Assembly: GCF_003918875.1 (NCBI RefSeq)
Contig: NW_025765547.1
Coordinates: forward strand, 682,001-746,000
Length of the DNA: 64,000 nt
Direction: 5' to 3'
DNA from: Haliotis rubra
Lineage: Eukaryota
The notes below the pieces were generated by a model. The model saw only the letters and a list, made by a program, of their open reading frames with translations, did not search any database and was not told the DNA's origin. The position numbers were made by a program, and so were the translations under genes. The stretch's first letter is position 1; each line of letters starts with the position of its first letter. Positions 1 through 12,682 of this stretch are shown here, in pieces.

Positions 1-600
1 CAGCAACATTGGGATCAGACATAGCAACAATGGGATCAAACACAGCGACATTGGGATCAAACACAGCGACATTGGGATCAGACACAGCGACAGTGGGATC
101 AGACACAGCAACATTGTGATCAAACACAGCAACATTAGGATCAGACACAGCAACATTTGGATCAGACACAGCGACATTGGGATCAGACACAGCGACATTG
201 GGATCAGACACAGCAACATTGGGATCAAACACAGCAACATTAGGATCAGACACAGCAACAATGGGATCAAACACAGCGACATTGGGATCAGACACAGCGA
301 CAGTGGGATCAGACACAGTGTCATTGGGATCAGACACAGTGACATTGGGATCAGACACAGCTACATTGGGATCAGACACAGCGACAATGGGATCAGACAC
401 AGCGACATTGGGATCAGACACAGTGACATTGGTGTCAGACACAGACACACTGGTGTCAGACACAGGGATATTGGTGTCAGACACACCGACATTGGGGTCA
501 GACAAACCGACATTGGGATCAGACACAGTGACATTGGTGTCAGACACAGCGACATTGGGATCAGACACAGACACACTGGTGTCAGAAACACCGACGTTTA
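1..600. repeat. 21-bp minisatellite (GGGATCAGACACAGCGACATT)n, runs off the window start
   Basis: About 28 directly visible tandem units. The periodic ORFs (IRHSDIG, GSDTATL) are by-products of the repeat. Confidence 0.95.
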
Positions 601-786
601 GTTGAGAGTTTTACCTCATAATAAGAAACCAAATTAGGAAGACCTTTAGTTGTCATCGATATGTATATCCTACATTAAACCGTATCTTAATTTTATATAT
701 TGTCGTATTGATATGTGTATTTTAAATTATTTATTGTGGCGTAACCAATGTTCCACAAATATGACGATGGGCTGTACATTATCGAG

Positions 787-901
787 CCAGGGTGCCGTTG
801 TACAAAACAACCTTAGCTCTAAGGTTACCTTAATTCTGTGTTAAGGTATGGGAGTTACGGTCACCTTAGCGCTAAGATTGTTTTTTACAACGGCACCCTG
901 G
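787..901. mobile_element. Harbinger-type MITE with TAGCGCTA/TACGA-family internal sequence
   Basis: Terminal inverted repeat CCAGGGTGCCGTTGTA..AACAA / TTGTT..TACAACGGCACCCTGG with CAG/CTG at the ends. The interior matches the reverse complement of the 53-bp satellite unit at 25.2-27.6 kb. Confidence 0.75.
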
Positions 902-2546
902 ACCACACAAACCAAGATTAACCTTAAATACTCTATGTGGGATTCGGGTTGGTAATTAGGGACCCAGCAGTGGAAGCAAGTATTATCATCTTTCATATGC
1001 AGATTTTACATTTAATACAATAATAGTGTACGTTAAAATATCCCTTGAATATCCTTTTGTCGGTAAATTAGTTTCAAACCAAACTTCCGTTTTGTTGATA
1101 TTTTTGTTTTTAGGATTCTGGATTCAGCAATGCTATTGAAAGTGAAAAAAAACACCTTTCATCGGAAATTATTGTAAGTAATATCCTGTGTTAAGAATGT
1201 GGGTTTTAATTAAATTTTGATTTAGTTTCCAATGTACAGCACCATAACAGAGGACGTTACTGTCAACCAATATCTACCTTTTCACATTAAATGTCAAAAA
1301 TCAGTTTCATCATACAACCCCACCCAGTACTACCCACACAACTACCCGCTAACCAAAAACAATATTCGTTCAGTCGCTGAATTAATTTCTTTTAAAATAA
1401 CCAGTTCGTGTATTCGGAAACATATCTCAGACCATACCAAGCCGCCATATTGGAAATGTAACGACATTTTGGAGAGCAAACAGCTCACTCTCGCGGGCTA
1501 ATAAGGGTGGGTTTTAAAGTTTGAACATAATTATAAAATAAATAATAATAACGGTGTCTTATTAAACTATATTACCTGTTTTCTCGCTCATGTCCTCTAG
1601 TGTAGGGTTCTGCGTTAACAATGAATATATTGGTAAATCCTCCCGAAAATGTCGAAACGATGACCTCACCCCGTGTGTTATCAGTTGTCACGTGACATAA
1701 ACTCGGCCTTTAAGCAAGAAGGAATACTACCACAGGGGTGGGCACGCTGTTGTCGTTACTGTTGACGTCAGAAAAACGAGCCAAGTTAATACCCGGTGTC
1801 CTCCCATTACGCAGACAGCCAGTTCGCAGACACCTTAAAACAACAACATTTACGGTTCAGTGAACAGATTATCTACTACCTGTTACCTACACATTATAAT
1901 AGAATAGTCCAAATAAAAACACAGGAACAAACTGAAGCTACATTATTTATTTTGAAAGATGGACGAAGAGACAGTAATTTGAATATTTATTGCGGCAATA
2001 TAAAAACAGTTTATTTTCATAAACATTTCGGTTTAACCTTCTAGTCTAACGGGAGTCGGCATCATAATATTGAAAACATCAGCTTAGCTATTAGAAATTG
2101 CGACACTGTTGTATCATATAAATCAAATAAAGACAAATGTGAACCTAAATATTATTCATATGGAATAAAGAAGTTATATGTTTTGCACACAATATTAAGA
2201 TATATGACGAGTGCACTTAATTACGATTTATTTAGAATAAATATTCAAAATATGACGCATCATGTCAATGTGGCCATGGGTGTCAGAATGTTTTTCATTA
2301 CTTCGAACGCCACTCTCAGCAATATTCCAGCAACATGACTACAGCCTCTAAATTATCGTTTTTACCAGACAATCCAGTGATTGATATCATGAGCAAAGAT
2401 TGATATTGTACGATGCAGGCAATGGCGTTAAAGAGGTTGGCCTCCCGCCCATTAATTCGCTTCTTGCGACCATCGTATATGTTGCTGGGTACCATTTCTT
2501 ACCCGGAATCTGTTTGGACAGGGCTAGGTAATTTACACTACAAGAA

Positions 2547-2798
2547 ACACGTGGGGATGCGGGTTAGAGTTATCTTCAGTAACCCATGCTTCTCGTTAGA
2601 GACGACTAGCGGGATCGGGTGATCAGGCTCGCTGTCTTGTTCGACAGATGTCATCGTATCCCAAGTGCGTAGATCGATGCTCATGCTGGTGATCACTGGA
2701 TTGTCTGGTCCAGACTCGATTATTTACAGACCGTCGCCATATAGCTGGAATATTGCTGAGTGCGGCGTTAAACTAAACTCACTCACTCAATCACTCAT
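2547..2798 (+). mobile_element. Short retroposon family 1 (non-tRNA structured head, (CTCA)n tail)
   Basis: Homologous to copies at 21129, 24657, 35513, 40179, 52312 and 55334. Target-site duplication TACAAGAA at 2539-2546 and 2799-2806. Confidence 0.85.
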
Positions 2799-3242
2799 TA
2801 CAAGAAGTTGTCCTTGAAGAATCCCGTGAACAGGGCAGCAGCTGGTAAAAGTCGCTATCCTCGCGATACAGACTCGTGAAGACCCGGGTTAGAACTAGTC
2901 AGAAGCAAACCATGCGCATGCGCCTTTTATGACAAGCTTGTCATTCGCTTAAAATGATCGTGTTATAACGCATGTCATGGTCTGTGTTCCAGACCCGATT
3001 ATTTCAACACATGTGCCAACTCTCACGCACATGGCTTGAGACTCGCGCTTTTACATCTCATGTCACGCTCTCATGCTGATGTTGTGAATGATTTATTCAA
3101 GAAAATGAAACCATTTTAAGATATTTAGCTATTTTCCTCACCATGCACGTTTTGACCACTTAAAACCACACAAATTGTTCTTAATACATGTTTTCAATGA
3201 CTTTACTGAGAAGGGAATTCGCCCTTCCCCACCAGGGACCTG

Positions 3243-3359
3243 GCTAGCTATTCTCGAAACGTTCGTAGCCCTACGAACTTCTTCAGCCCATTCTTAAAAC
3301 ATTGGCTACGATCAAAGTTAAGAATTTTTAGGGCTACGAACGTTTCGAGAATAAGGCCC
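3243..3359. mobile_element. Harbinger-type MITE
   Basis: Inverted repeat TATTCTCGAAACGTTCGTAGCCCT / AGGGCTACGAACGTTTCGAGAATA, flanked by CTG and CAG. Confidence 0.8.
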
Positions 3360-3740
3360 CAGCTATCGTAGCGCTACGACTGTCGTACCTTCTACTATGC
3401 CCCTATTCCACACAGACCACGAATCCCACGAATCGCCACGAATTGATAAATTTGAGGATTCGTGAGAATTCGTGCTGATTCGTGGAATTGTACAACTTTT
3501 CTGCGTCCATTCGTGACGCTCTACGATTCATTTACGATACAGGTACGAATATTCGTGGGATTCGGATGGAATCGCACGAATATTGTCAAGAATTCACTAC
3601 GATTTAAAAGAATCTATTATGGATACTGCCCGAATATTAGGAATCAGTTACGAATCAGTTAAGAATAGGCCGAATGCACGTACGAATCAGGTACGAATAA
3701 ATGAATTCGGGACTACTCTGGACAATTCGTGGGAGATAGG

Positions 3741-3776
3741 TATAAAAGGGTCGTCACCCTTGTTTGGGTATCAGTT
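3741..3776 (+). promoter_or_regulatory. TATA box plus initiator of the Harbinger transposase gene
   Basis: TATAAAAG at 3741, TCAGTT at 3771 (30 bp downstream), ATG at 3782. Confidence 0.6.
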
Positions 3777-3781
3777 GCAAA

Positions 3782-5077
3782 ATGGATGTTCAACGTAGAG
3801 CAGCTGTCGTATTGACCCTGGAACTGGAGTATCAACACCAGCTGCTGATCACTATCAGAAGACTGTTTCGAAGGAGGAGGAGAAGAGCACCCAGGTGGTG
3901 GGTTAGACCGTGGCTGACACCAGATAGAAGACTAGAATATAGTCACTACAACAGACTGATGCAAGAGCTGAGGATGGAAGATGAGAAGGCATTTGCCAAC
4001 TATGTGAGAATGCCACCCCACATGTTTGATGAGCTCCTCAACAGGATTATCCCAGTCATCCAGAGGAGGGACACCCACAGGGAGACCAGCCCTAGATGCC
4101 CTAGAATGAAGCTAGCCATGACTCTCAGACACCTGGCTACAGGAGACCGGTATCACACCATCCAGTATGACTTCCGGTGTGGCTACAGCACAGTGGTATG
4201 GATTGTGCAGGAAGTCTGTCAGGCCATCATACAGGAGCTGAAGGATGAAGTCATGCTACTGCCAAGGACCCAGGAGGACTGTAAAGACATTGCCCAGCAG
4301 TTCCAAGACCGGTGGAATGTTCCTCATGCCCTGGGGGCCTTGGATGGCAAGCACATAGCCATCAGGAAACCACACAACTCAGGCAGTGTGTTCTTCAACT
4401 ACAAAGGTTTTTTCTCCGTAGTGCTGTTGGCCCTGGTGGATGCGGACTATTAATTCATCTGGATAGACACTGGTGGAGAAGGTCATCAATCCGACGCACA
4501 GCTGTTTGGTGCTTTAGAACTGAAAGAGTGCATTGGTGACAACACCATAAACTTCCCTGACAGCGATCGCCTGCCCAATGATGACAGAGACACAGCCTAC
4601 TACATCCTGGGGGATGATGCTTTTCCTCTGAGGACTTTTCTCATGAAACCCTATGGCAGGAGGGGTCTGGACAATGACATGCTGGTGGCCAACTACAGAT
4701 TATCCAGGGGCAGACGTGTGGTAGAGAATGGTTTCGGAATACTGGCCAACAGATGGAGATGCTTCCTGGGCACCCTGGAACATGGACCTGATGTGGTGCG
4801 GCTACTGGTGGAGGCAGGAGTCATCCTCCACAACTTACTGAGGATCAGATTCCCTGCTACTGGCAATGCAGATGTGGACCGGGAGGATGAGGACCACACC
4901 AATATCCCTGGTGCCTGGAGGGCAGACCAACAGGTGGAGGAGATACCCCAGTTCTAGGCACCCAACAGAGACAATCGTGAGGGCAAAGTGATAAGAGACT
5001 ATCTTAAGGCCTACTTTAACAGTGAAGCAGGTTCAGTTCCGTGGCAAGAAAGACAGGCAGGAGTGAATGGTAACTGA
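3782..5077 (+). pseudogene. Harbinger/PIF DDE transposase (HARBI1-like) with two in-frame stops
   Basis: One frame reads ..RMPPHMFDELL..GALDGKHIAI..NYKGFFSVVLLALVDADY*FIWID..GHQSDA..ILGDDAFPL..MKPY..RRVVENGFGILANRWR..QF*APNR..GSVPWQ. Stops at 4451 and 4955. Confidence 0.95.
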
Positions 5078-5543
5078 ATGATAAATGTTGATATTTCATG
5101 CTAAAATTATGTTAATAGTGTTTATTAATGCTCATTAGCGCTGATAAAATGTTTATGAAAACAAGAGACCCAAGAGGGCTTGTATTGCTCTACTGACTAC
5201 TGGCACAACAGCTCCCTCCTTCACTATATTTAAATTTCTGCTTTATGTCATGAATGTTTTGTTTTTGCAATGTTCACATTGCCCCAATCCATCTGTCAAT
5301 ATCTCTGCTCGGACCACGCAAACAAAAACAAACTTTATTCTTTTTTAGATCTTTTTTCAAGTTTTATTGGTATTATATGAAACTGAAAGATAGAAATGCT
5401 TATCTAAGTACATTCATATCATAATCATATCATATCAAACCAAAACATAAACTCTTTGAGAGGAATTTTTAGACATAAACATTTCACTAAGAGCACCCAG
5501 CTAAAAGCGCACAGTCTAAGATGTACACAGCTAAACACACAGT

Positions 5544-6641
5544 CTATGGAGTGGAGAGTGTGGACCTGTCAAGCTGAGCGGTTGCCGTCGAGGTCTGTGT
5601 GACCCGAGTGGCAACTGCTGTGGGGCTGATGTCCATCAGTATCTCAGACAGGTTGAATGACGCTTCCTGCTGATGCTCCGAGGCACTGGAGGACGACCGG
5701 GTCTGCTGGCTCTGGGCAGGAGGCACCAGGTTGGTGTAGGTAGCTGTCTGTGATGACCTTTGACGGGGCAGTTCCTGTTGGCTTGGAGACTAGCTGTATC
5801 CTGGGAACTGCCTGTCGACCCAGGTTGGCTCCTGTGAGTGTCACACCGACCCCGCTGGGGCCACCGGTCTGGACTGCCACTGCGAGGGGTCTCGCTGCCA
5901 CTGCTGGTACAGTTGAGGAGGTGCTGGTGCTGATCTTCCTGCTTCCAGATCTGTCTGCTTCTCAGCGTTGAACAGGTCAAACTCGTGGTGGTCACTGGAT
6001 ACTGTGGCTCCTCTTCCTGGAACTCATCACACTGGCTGGTGGTGGTGCCACTCCGGAAGCTATGCGTTGGGTGACATGTCCGATGTGGGGCATCAGGAAC
6101 TGGAATCTGGTCCATATCCACTGTTGGCGGTCTGTCATCTCAAAAGATGCCTGACCACTCTTCTTCCTCCTGAGTTTCCCTATCTGGTACGGATGCTCTC
6201 AAAAAATGTAGTCAATGCCTTCATCTCCTTCCCCATCTCCTGGGCCAGATCTTCCCACGCCTTATTCATTTTAGAGACACAGAGGTGGTCTAACCGCCTC
6301 TTGTTGTAGATGAAGACATTCCTCTCAAGGAAGAGGGCCACATCCTCTTGTTCGTCCTCTGTGAGGTTGGACAAGAACCTGACTTTCTTACTCTTATACT
6401 GGGAAGAAGCTGCTAGTTCATCATCATCACCAACATCACCAGCCACTGACTCAACACCTACTGACTGAGCTGCTGAATCTGCCACATTGTTTTCAACTTC
6501 TGGAGCTGCTGAATCTTCCAGTGGAGGGGTAGCTACTTTTGTGGGGGTTGGGGGTGAGGTGCTGCCTTCTTCACCCTCTTCCCTGGCTCTCTTGCTTTTC
6601 TTCCCTCTCCCCTTGCCCTTACTTGCAGCTTTTCTTGGTAT
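5544..6641 (-). pseudogene. Harbinger second ORF, Myb/SANT(MADF)-like DNA-binding protein, degraded
   Basis: Start appears as ATA (likely a former ATG) before PRKAASKGKGRGKK, followed by an acidic linker, LTEDEQEDVALFLERNVFIYNK..AWEDLAQEMG..FFESIRTR and TDRQQWIWTRFQFL. Stops and frameshifts are present. TATA-like sequence at about 6709-6716 on the - strand. Confidence 0.8.
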
Positions 6642-7145
6642 CTTGCTAATACGTGGATACGTGGCACAATCGTCAGCAGCTAATGACCGGAAGTGAATGT
6701 TAAACTCCTTATATACCCAATTTACTGTCGTAGCTGATTCGTAGGTAGTTCTTACTTGCTTCGTAACTGCTTCGGCGTGAATTTGTGGGATTCCTGACAG
6801 ATTCGTAGCCGATTCGTTGTCAAACCACGAACTGACGAATACACGAATGAGTTAAGAATACCTAAGAATTGATTACGATTTGGTTACGATGCCTAAGAAT
6901 GCACTACGAATCTGTTACGAATTAACTACGATTAATTTTAATCGGGAGTGCGTGGCCAAAATTTTGAACAGTTCAAAACTTTGGCCACGAATTCCCGATT
7001 ACTCAAGAACTGCAAGAACTGACAACGACTATATTACGAATTAGTTAAGAACTTCACGAACTGATTACGATTCAACTACGAATACTCAAATTTGTCAATT
7101 CGTGGCAATTCGTGGGATTCGTGGTCTGTGTGGAATAGGGGCCTG

Positions 7146-7252
7146 GGCCTGGATGTTCGAAGCTGTCTTAGCGCTAAGATGGTCCTAAGTTAAGGTTAAT
7201 GTGTGGCACTTACGACTGTCTTAGCGCTAAGAGAGCCTCGAAAATCTAGGCC
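7146..7252. mobile_element. Harbinger-type MITE abutting the transposon
   Basis: TIR GGCCTGGATGTTCGAAG / CTCGAAAATCTAGGCC, two CTTAGCGCTAAG palindromes, flanked by CTG and CTA. Confidence 0.8.
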
Positions 7253-8658
7253 CTATAACATAGATTTACGACTGTCGTAGCGCTACGATAGTTTTGTGAA
7301 ACGGGGCTAAGATCCCCAGATTGGCCCGACCGGGGCATGCTGGCTAGGACCCCGCATCTCAAGCCTTTTTCCTCTCTTGGGGTTACAGCTCTGATTACAA
7401 AGCAACCTAATACAGCTTGAATGTTGAGAGATGTCACGTGAGAAATGCCAAATGAATTTTAGTGATACGATGTTTGATTGTTGAGCGTAATTATATGGTT
7501 TAAATATTCCAGGTTCACCTTTACCCGGAAAAAACTATAATTCATCTGGTATGGGAGCAGTATCACAATACGCCTGGTGACTAGTCTGGCTTCATGCAAA
7601 CGGTAATATTGAGATACACTGGTATGACGTAAGGTTTGGTCGGTCATATATCACATGATAGCGTCCAAGATAAAGAAGCTGTAACACAGCTGATACAACC
7701 ATTTCGACGCCCACTGTCACAGCAGCTACAACCACGCCATTATGAAACTACGCGTCTCTTTCTGTACCCTGTTTGGAATCTATTTGTCCACGGTCTGTTT
7801 GAAAACAGCCACAGGTGGGTAGTAGTGTTCGTCAATAACTATACTGATTATAACGCCATCATGCTTCGTTATGATACTTTTGTTTTGAGTCCAATTGCAG
7901 GACTTTATACTTGTTTGTCCAATCAAATTGATCTCATGACCGGGAAGTATTGTTAGAGATGGTAAATATATAGATGGTGACGCCACTTCTGGAACGAAGC
8001 TATCGTTGGTATTTAGCTTTTGAATAAAGTGCGTTGTCAAGAAGAAGAAGCCAATTTAATAAATCAAACAAGCAGATCATCTTAACTTAACTTTTCTAAT
8101 CATAAAATGTAATCATAAAAGTCGCCCTGCCTCATGGAGCTGATCCCATCACATAAGTCATGTGTCCGATAGCAGTCTCCCTGGTTCTCTGTATTACGTC
8201 GCGTCTCTTTTGGGCGTCTTCTAATATGTCGATCAAAGGGTACAGTATGGGACATGTATCAGTTATCTGCATCTCTGGACAGCAAATTGCCCGGGGTAAC
8301 GTGTTGACATTTAGGATCTTTTTCTGGACTTTGTTTTTACATGACACAGGATGTCCACGTCCCGAGAATACCCCAGTGGGTGGGTGATGTATGTGCGCTC
8401 TTGAGGTTTTGACACAAAATCTGCAGTAAGGGGCACACGATGAACCGTAATACCAACTCGGTGACGTTTATCTGTGAGATCAGCGTTTGGTCTTTTATCA
8501 CCACAATTCCAGGCCCGAACCATTATCCTGCCACCCCCAGTACAGTGTCCAGGTACACGGTCCAAAAAGTGATCGCAGGGATACGACGATCTAACTCACT
8601 TCCTAGTAGACTTACGACAGCCGTTGCGCTACGATCGCTTTGTGGCACATAGTCGAGT

Positions 8659-8798
8659 GCCCCGGCCCACAAAACGATGCAGAGTCATCGTAAGCTTACG
8701 TTAAAGTGCGTGAGTTACGATTGTGCGTGAGTTACGATTGTGCTTGAGTTACGATTGTGCGTGAGTTACGATTAGCACTCAAGGCTGCTTTGCGGAAC
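8659..8798. mobile_element. Degenerate TACGA-family MITE containing a 4x17-bp internal tandem expansion
   Basis: (GTGCGTGAGTTACGATT)4 at 8706-8773, inside sequence resembling the satellite/MITE consensus. Confidence 0.6.
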
Positions 8799-10084
8799 AT
8801 ATCAAGGATACGGTAAGTGTGTGATTGGCATTCTAGGAGTGGTGAGTAAATGAGAAAACGTACACCTTTTGGAGATTTGTTTAACAGCTTGCACCGTTTC
8901 GATGTAAGTTCGTACAACGTTATCAAGCTGCAGTGATTTCCACTAAGATATGAAAGGTTTCATTTGTTATCCGCATCAAACAGCTTATGACATTAACAGT
9001 CTAACCAGACAACAATTCAGCAATCACAGATCACCAGAAAACGTTCCCTAACGTGAAAATTCAGTTTGACAGTCTATATCGTAACTTGAGGCAAACATCA
9101 GGACTTCACTAAAAGAAAGCTCTGAGAAGCTATAGGGCCCGTAAGAAGGTCACGGTATTTCGCGAGACCTCACGTTGATTAGTGAACATTTCATACCTTT
9201 GCGAATGGTCTCATGGCTGTCAGCTGACAGAAAGGAACCGATAATCCTTGCAGAAACAACAAAATTCCGATCTAACAATCCAATTATTACGACTGTCAAC
9301 AGCTGTGACAGTCAAGTATGGTTGTACACATTTGTTCCGGTCCAGTAAAGTCATATTGGCGGTTGCGCAATTTGGAACCAGAACTGGTTCTTTAATATAC
9401 CCTTGTCACCGGAAATCTGGTACCGGAAGTAAAGCTGGGCCCCATATCGTATATCGCAAAAGGAGCCGGGAACCAGCTTAGTACCGGAAGTAGCGCCTCG
9501 CGAGACTTGCATGTGCAGGCCTTATAGAAATCCCCTGTCACAAACCTTTGATCAGTACAGAGTTTAAGAGAATTACTTCTCGTCTGCCTATGAATATCTA
9601 ATCAAGTAATAGGCTGTTTCAATAAGCATCCATCTAGCCCGTCACACGCTTTTCATCCTTGCAGTCCCGATCTTTACTTCATCCATCCATCCGTATGTTT
9701 TGTCGATATGGTGCTTTTTTATTCACATATCAGGCTCGTCTCTTGATTGTAGACACTCCAGCTTGGTAACTGTGTAGGAAGTTAGACCGAAACGTCGCTA
9801 TATGCAACGAACCAGAAGTTTATAACTATGAAGTTGGACGTTATCTTGTGTATGCACCTACCCTTACCCAGATCCATTCTGCCTGCATCCGCCCACGAGA
9901 GAGCCTTGGACTTGCCAACATGATGCCCTTTAGAAATATTGTGGTCCGATTCGCCAGGTTGTCTGGATACAATGAAACGGCGCATAACCTGTGCCGGGGA
10001 AGTAGGTAACTTAACAGTCGACATGGTGATCATAACACCCATACTTTAACACAGGCTTACGATCGTCGTAGCGCCAAGATTGCT

Positions 10085-10420
10085 GTCAGATTGCCTTGAA
10101 CCACCGCTCCCCACACCACAACGATTCCTCCACCAAATCTGTCCACTTGTCTAACGCAGTTGTCTGCCACCCTCTCCATGGTGACAAGTGCAACGAATGT
10201 GGTGAGCGACGCTTTCATGTCTGCATCTTGCAGCAGCACACCAACGACCTCATCTCTCAGTCGATAAACGTGGCACGTTACTCTGGATCTCAGGATTCAT
10301 TACGCACTGACGTTATTGTGAGCTGTGGGTATGCCCGAATGCATCTTGTGTTCCTTCAGCACGTGTAGTTCGCCAGCCTAGCGAATAATGCCCATATTGC
10401 ACCGAATTCAGGAAACTAAA
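10085..10420 (-). mobile_element. Tc1/mariner transposase remnant
   Basis: Translates to ERVADNCVRQVDRFGGGIVVVWGA, the Tc1 xGGGxVMVWG region. Confidence 0.65.
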
Positions 10421-10503
10421 TCCATATTCTCATTTTCTTCATTGCGGATTGTTGCATTTCAGTTATTCCTCTTACATGAATTTGGAATCTTCTAATATAT
10501 TTG

Positions 10504-10666
10504 GGGCAATGGGGTAGCCTAGTGGTTAAAGCGTTCGTTCATCGCGCAGAAGACCCGGGTTCGATTCCCTACATGAGTACAATGTGTAAAGCCCATTTCT
10601 GAGGTCTCCCGCCGTGATATTGCTGGAATAATGCTAAAAGCAGTGTAAAACTCACTCACTCACTCA
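10504..10666 (+). mobile_element. tRNA-derived SINE family 2
   Basis: A box GGTAGCCTAGTGG, B box GGTTCGATTCC, (CTCA)n tail. 14-bp TSD TTCTAATATATTTG at 10490-10503 and 10667-10680. Confidence 0.9.
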
Positions 10667-12016
10667 TTCTAATATATTTGATTTTGGAATTATATCTGTT
10701 AGGACTCAGTATTGCTGTATACTGTGGTGACGTATATTGTGAGTAAGAAACTATGATGTTTGTCAACAATTGTCCTGCCTTTGCATGGGTTTGTGACGGT
10801 GCCACTGCTGCTCACTGTTTCGCGACCATTTGGTTTCATCACTGTTCATATACTATTCACACTTTGCTAAGGATCAAATGATGGATTCAACAGAAAACTA
10901 TTATGTGGGGTCAAAGCTGGTTTAAATACCTAAGTTTATTGAAAGCATGGAACCTAGGTTTCAGTAAGTCATTGCATCCTGTGGATCTAATACCTGCTAT
11001 GACATGTGCTCTTTATTTGTCAATGACTCGTTCCATGATTTGCAAAATGGTTGAATGGTGCCATGAAATCCATTTATATGGTTACTAGTGTATCAAGTGC
11101 ATAAGGTTAGCTTAAAGTGACTATTTGAGTAATGAGGGATTACCATATTATTATTTATCCAGTTTTAAATGGACACAATTTCAAGTTATAAATCTACGTT
11201 TAAGTAAAGTTGTGAATTTTTGTGGTCCTTAGCAAAGTGTGAGTAGTATACATAGAAGACTGACACAGTCGGAGTGGTATCATGAAGTCGGGTTTTTCCA
11301 TTATGGAAATGGAGTTGTCGCTTATGTTTACTTGTTAACAACGGTGTATCTTGCTTGGTTAGCCTCGTTTTAAAACTCATTTCCTAATCTGTAGCCCGGA
11401 AATTGACCGGGTTATTGGTAAAATGAGCCATAGTATTCACCATTAATAGAATGGACATATAATATCCTGCATTACCGAAGATGCTATAAATAAAGAGGGT
11501 GTTAAGTGTTTCCGGGCCTATTGTGTGTCGTCGCATATTGTGATGGCGCATAGGATGTCGGTCTCTCAGCATGACAGAGCTCAGAGGAGAAGTGATCGCA
11601 GTCGGGTTGTACTTGAATACTAACAGCCATGGTCCCGCTCCATAAAAAGAACTTTGCCCTACGATTGTCGTTAGCTTATGATAAAGTATGGGAGTTATCC
11701 TAGTGGTACGAACACAGTGTGGTACAGGAAACAAATCTACACGTGTGTGTGTGTGTGTGTGTTTGCGTGTGTAAATTGTAAACATCGCGTCTTTTAGAGA
11801 ACTCCAGTAATCGATATTATGATCAGCAATCCACGCGTGTTAGTTCGATGACAAGCCATCAACCAAGTCCCCGAGTCTGTCTACCAGATCTATTATGTCA
11901 CCTGCACAGGTTCTGATACGGTCATGTTATGACTCGAAACATAACCAGGGCCACAGCTGGGAGTCATAGTTGATATAATTATAATCAGTTGAGTTGTTCA
12001 ACAAAGGCGTCTTTCA

Positions 12017-12682
12017 TGCCTATTCACACATAGTCTGTTACCTATTCACACAGTCTGTTACCTATTCACACCTAGTCTGTTACCTATTCACACAAAGTCT
12101 GTTACCTACTCACACATAGCCTGTTACCTATTCACACACACTGTTACGTATTCATACATAGTCTGTTACCTATTCATTCGTACCTATTCACACTAGTTGC
12201 CTACTCACAAGAAGTTAGTCTGTTACCTACTCACACACACTGTTACCTATTCACACCTAGTCTGTTACCTATTCACACATAGTCTGTTACCTATTCACAC
12301 ATAGCCTGTTACCTATTCACACACACTGTAACGTATTCATACATAGTCTGTTACCTATTCACACATAGTCTGTTACCTATTCACACATAGTCTGTTACCT
12401 ATTCACACACTGTTACCTATTCACACACACTGTTACGTATTCACACATAGTCTGTTACCTATTCACACATAGTCTGTTACCTACTCACACATAGTCTGTT
12501 ACCTATTCACACATAGTCTGTTACCTACTCACACATAGTCTGTTACCTACACATAGTCTGTTACCTACTCACACATAGTCTGTTACCTACTCACACATAG
12601 TCTGTTACCTATTCACACATAGTCTGTTACCTATTCACACATAGTCTGTTACCTATTCACACATAGTCTGTTACCTATTCAG
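12017..12682. repeat. 22-bp minisatellite (TAGTCTGTTACCTATTCACACA)n
   Basis: About 30 tandem units ending exactly at the splice acceptor of the first MAM exon. Confidence 0.95.

Larger units (their letters stand above)
3398..7142. mobile_element. Full-length PIF/Harbinger DNA transposon, inactivated
   Basis: TIRs of about 58 bp (GCCCCTATTCCACACAGACCACGAATCCCACGAA.. / ..TTCGTGGGATTCGTGGTCTGTGTGGAATAGGGGC). Dense subterminal TACGA/ACGAAT repeats. Convergent transposase and Myb-like ORFs, the canonical Harbinger layout. Confidence 0.95.

Noticed and set aside
116-605. GSDTATL / IRHSDIG repeat ORFs resembling antifreeze or ice-nucleation proteins
   Set aside because: The 21-bp unit is stop-free in several frames, there are frame-shifting indels near the start, and no unique coding flank or splice evidence is in view.
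3782-5077. Domesticated HARBI1 host gene
   Set aside because: It lies between intact TIRs with a partner Myb-like ORF and has premature stops, so it is a transposon copy.
10684-10745. Hydrophobic frame with a GTGAGT donor as signal-peptide exon of the MAM gene
   Set aside because: No in-frame ATG, and joining to 12683 would create TGA.
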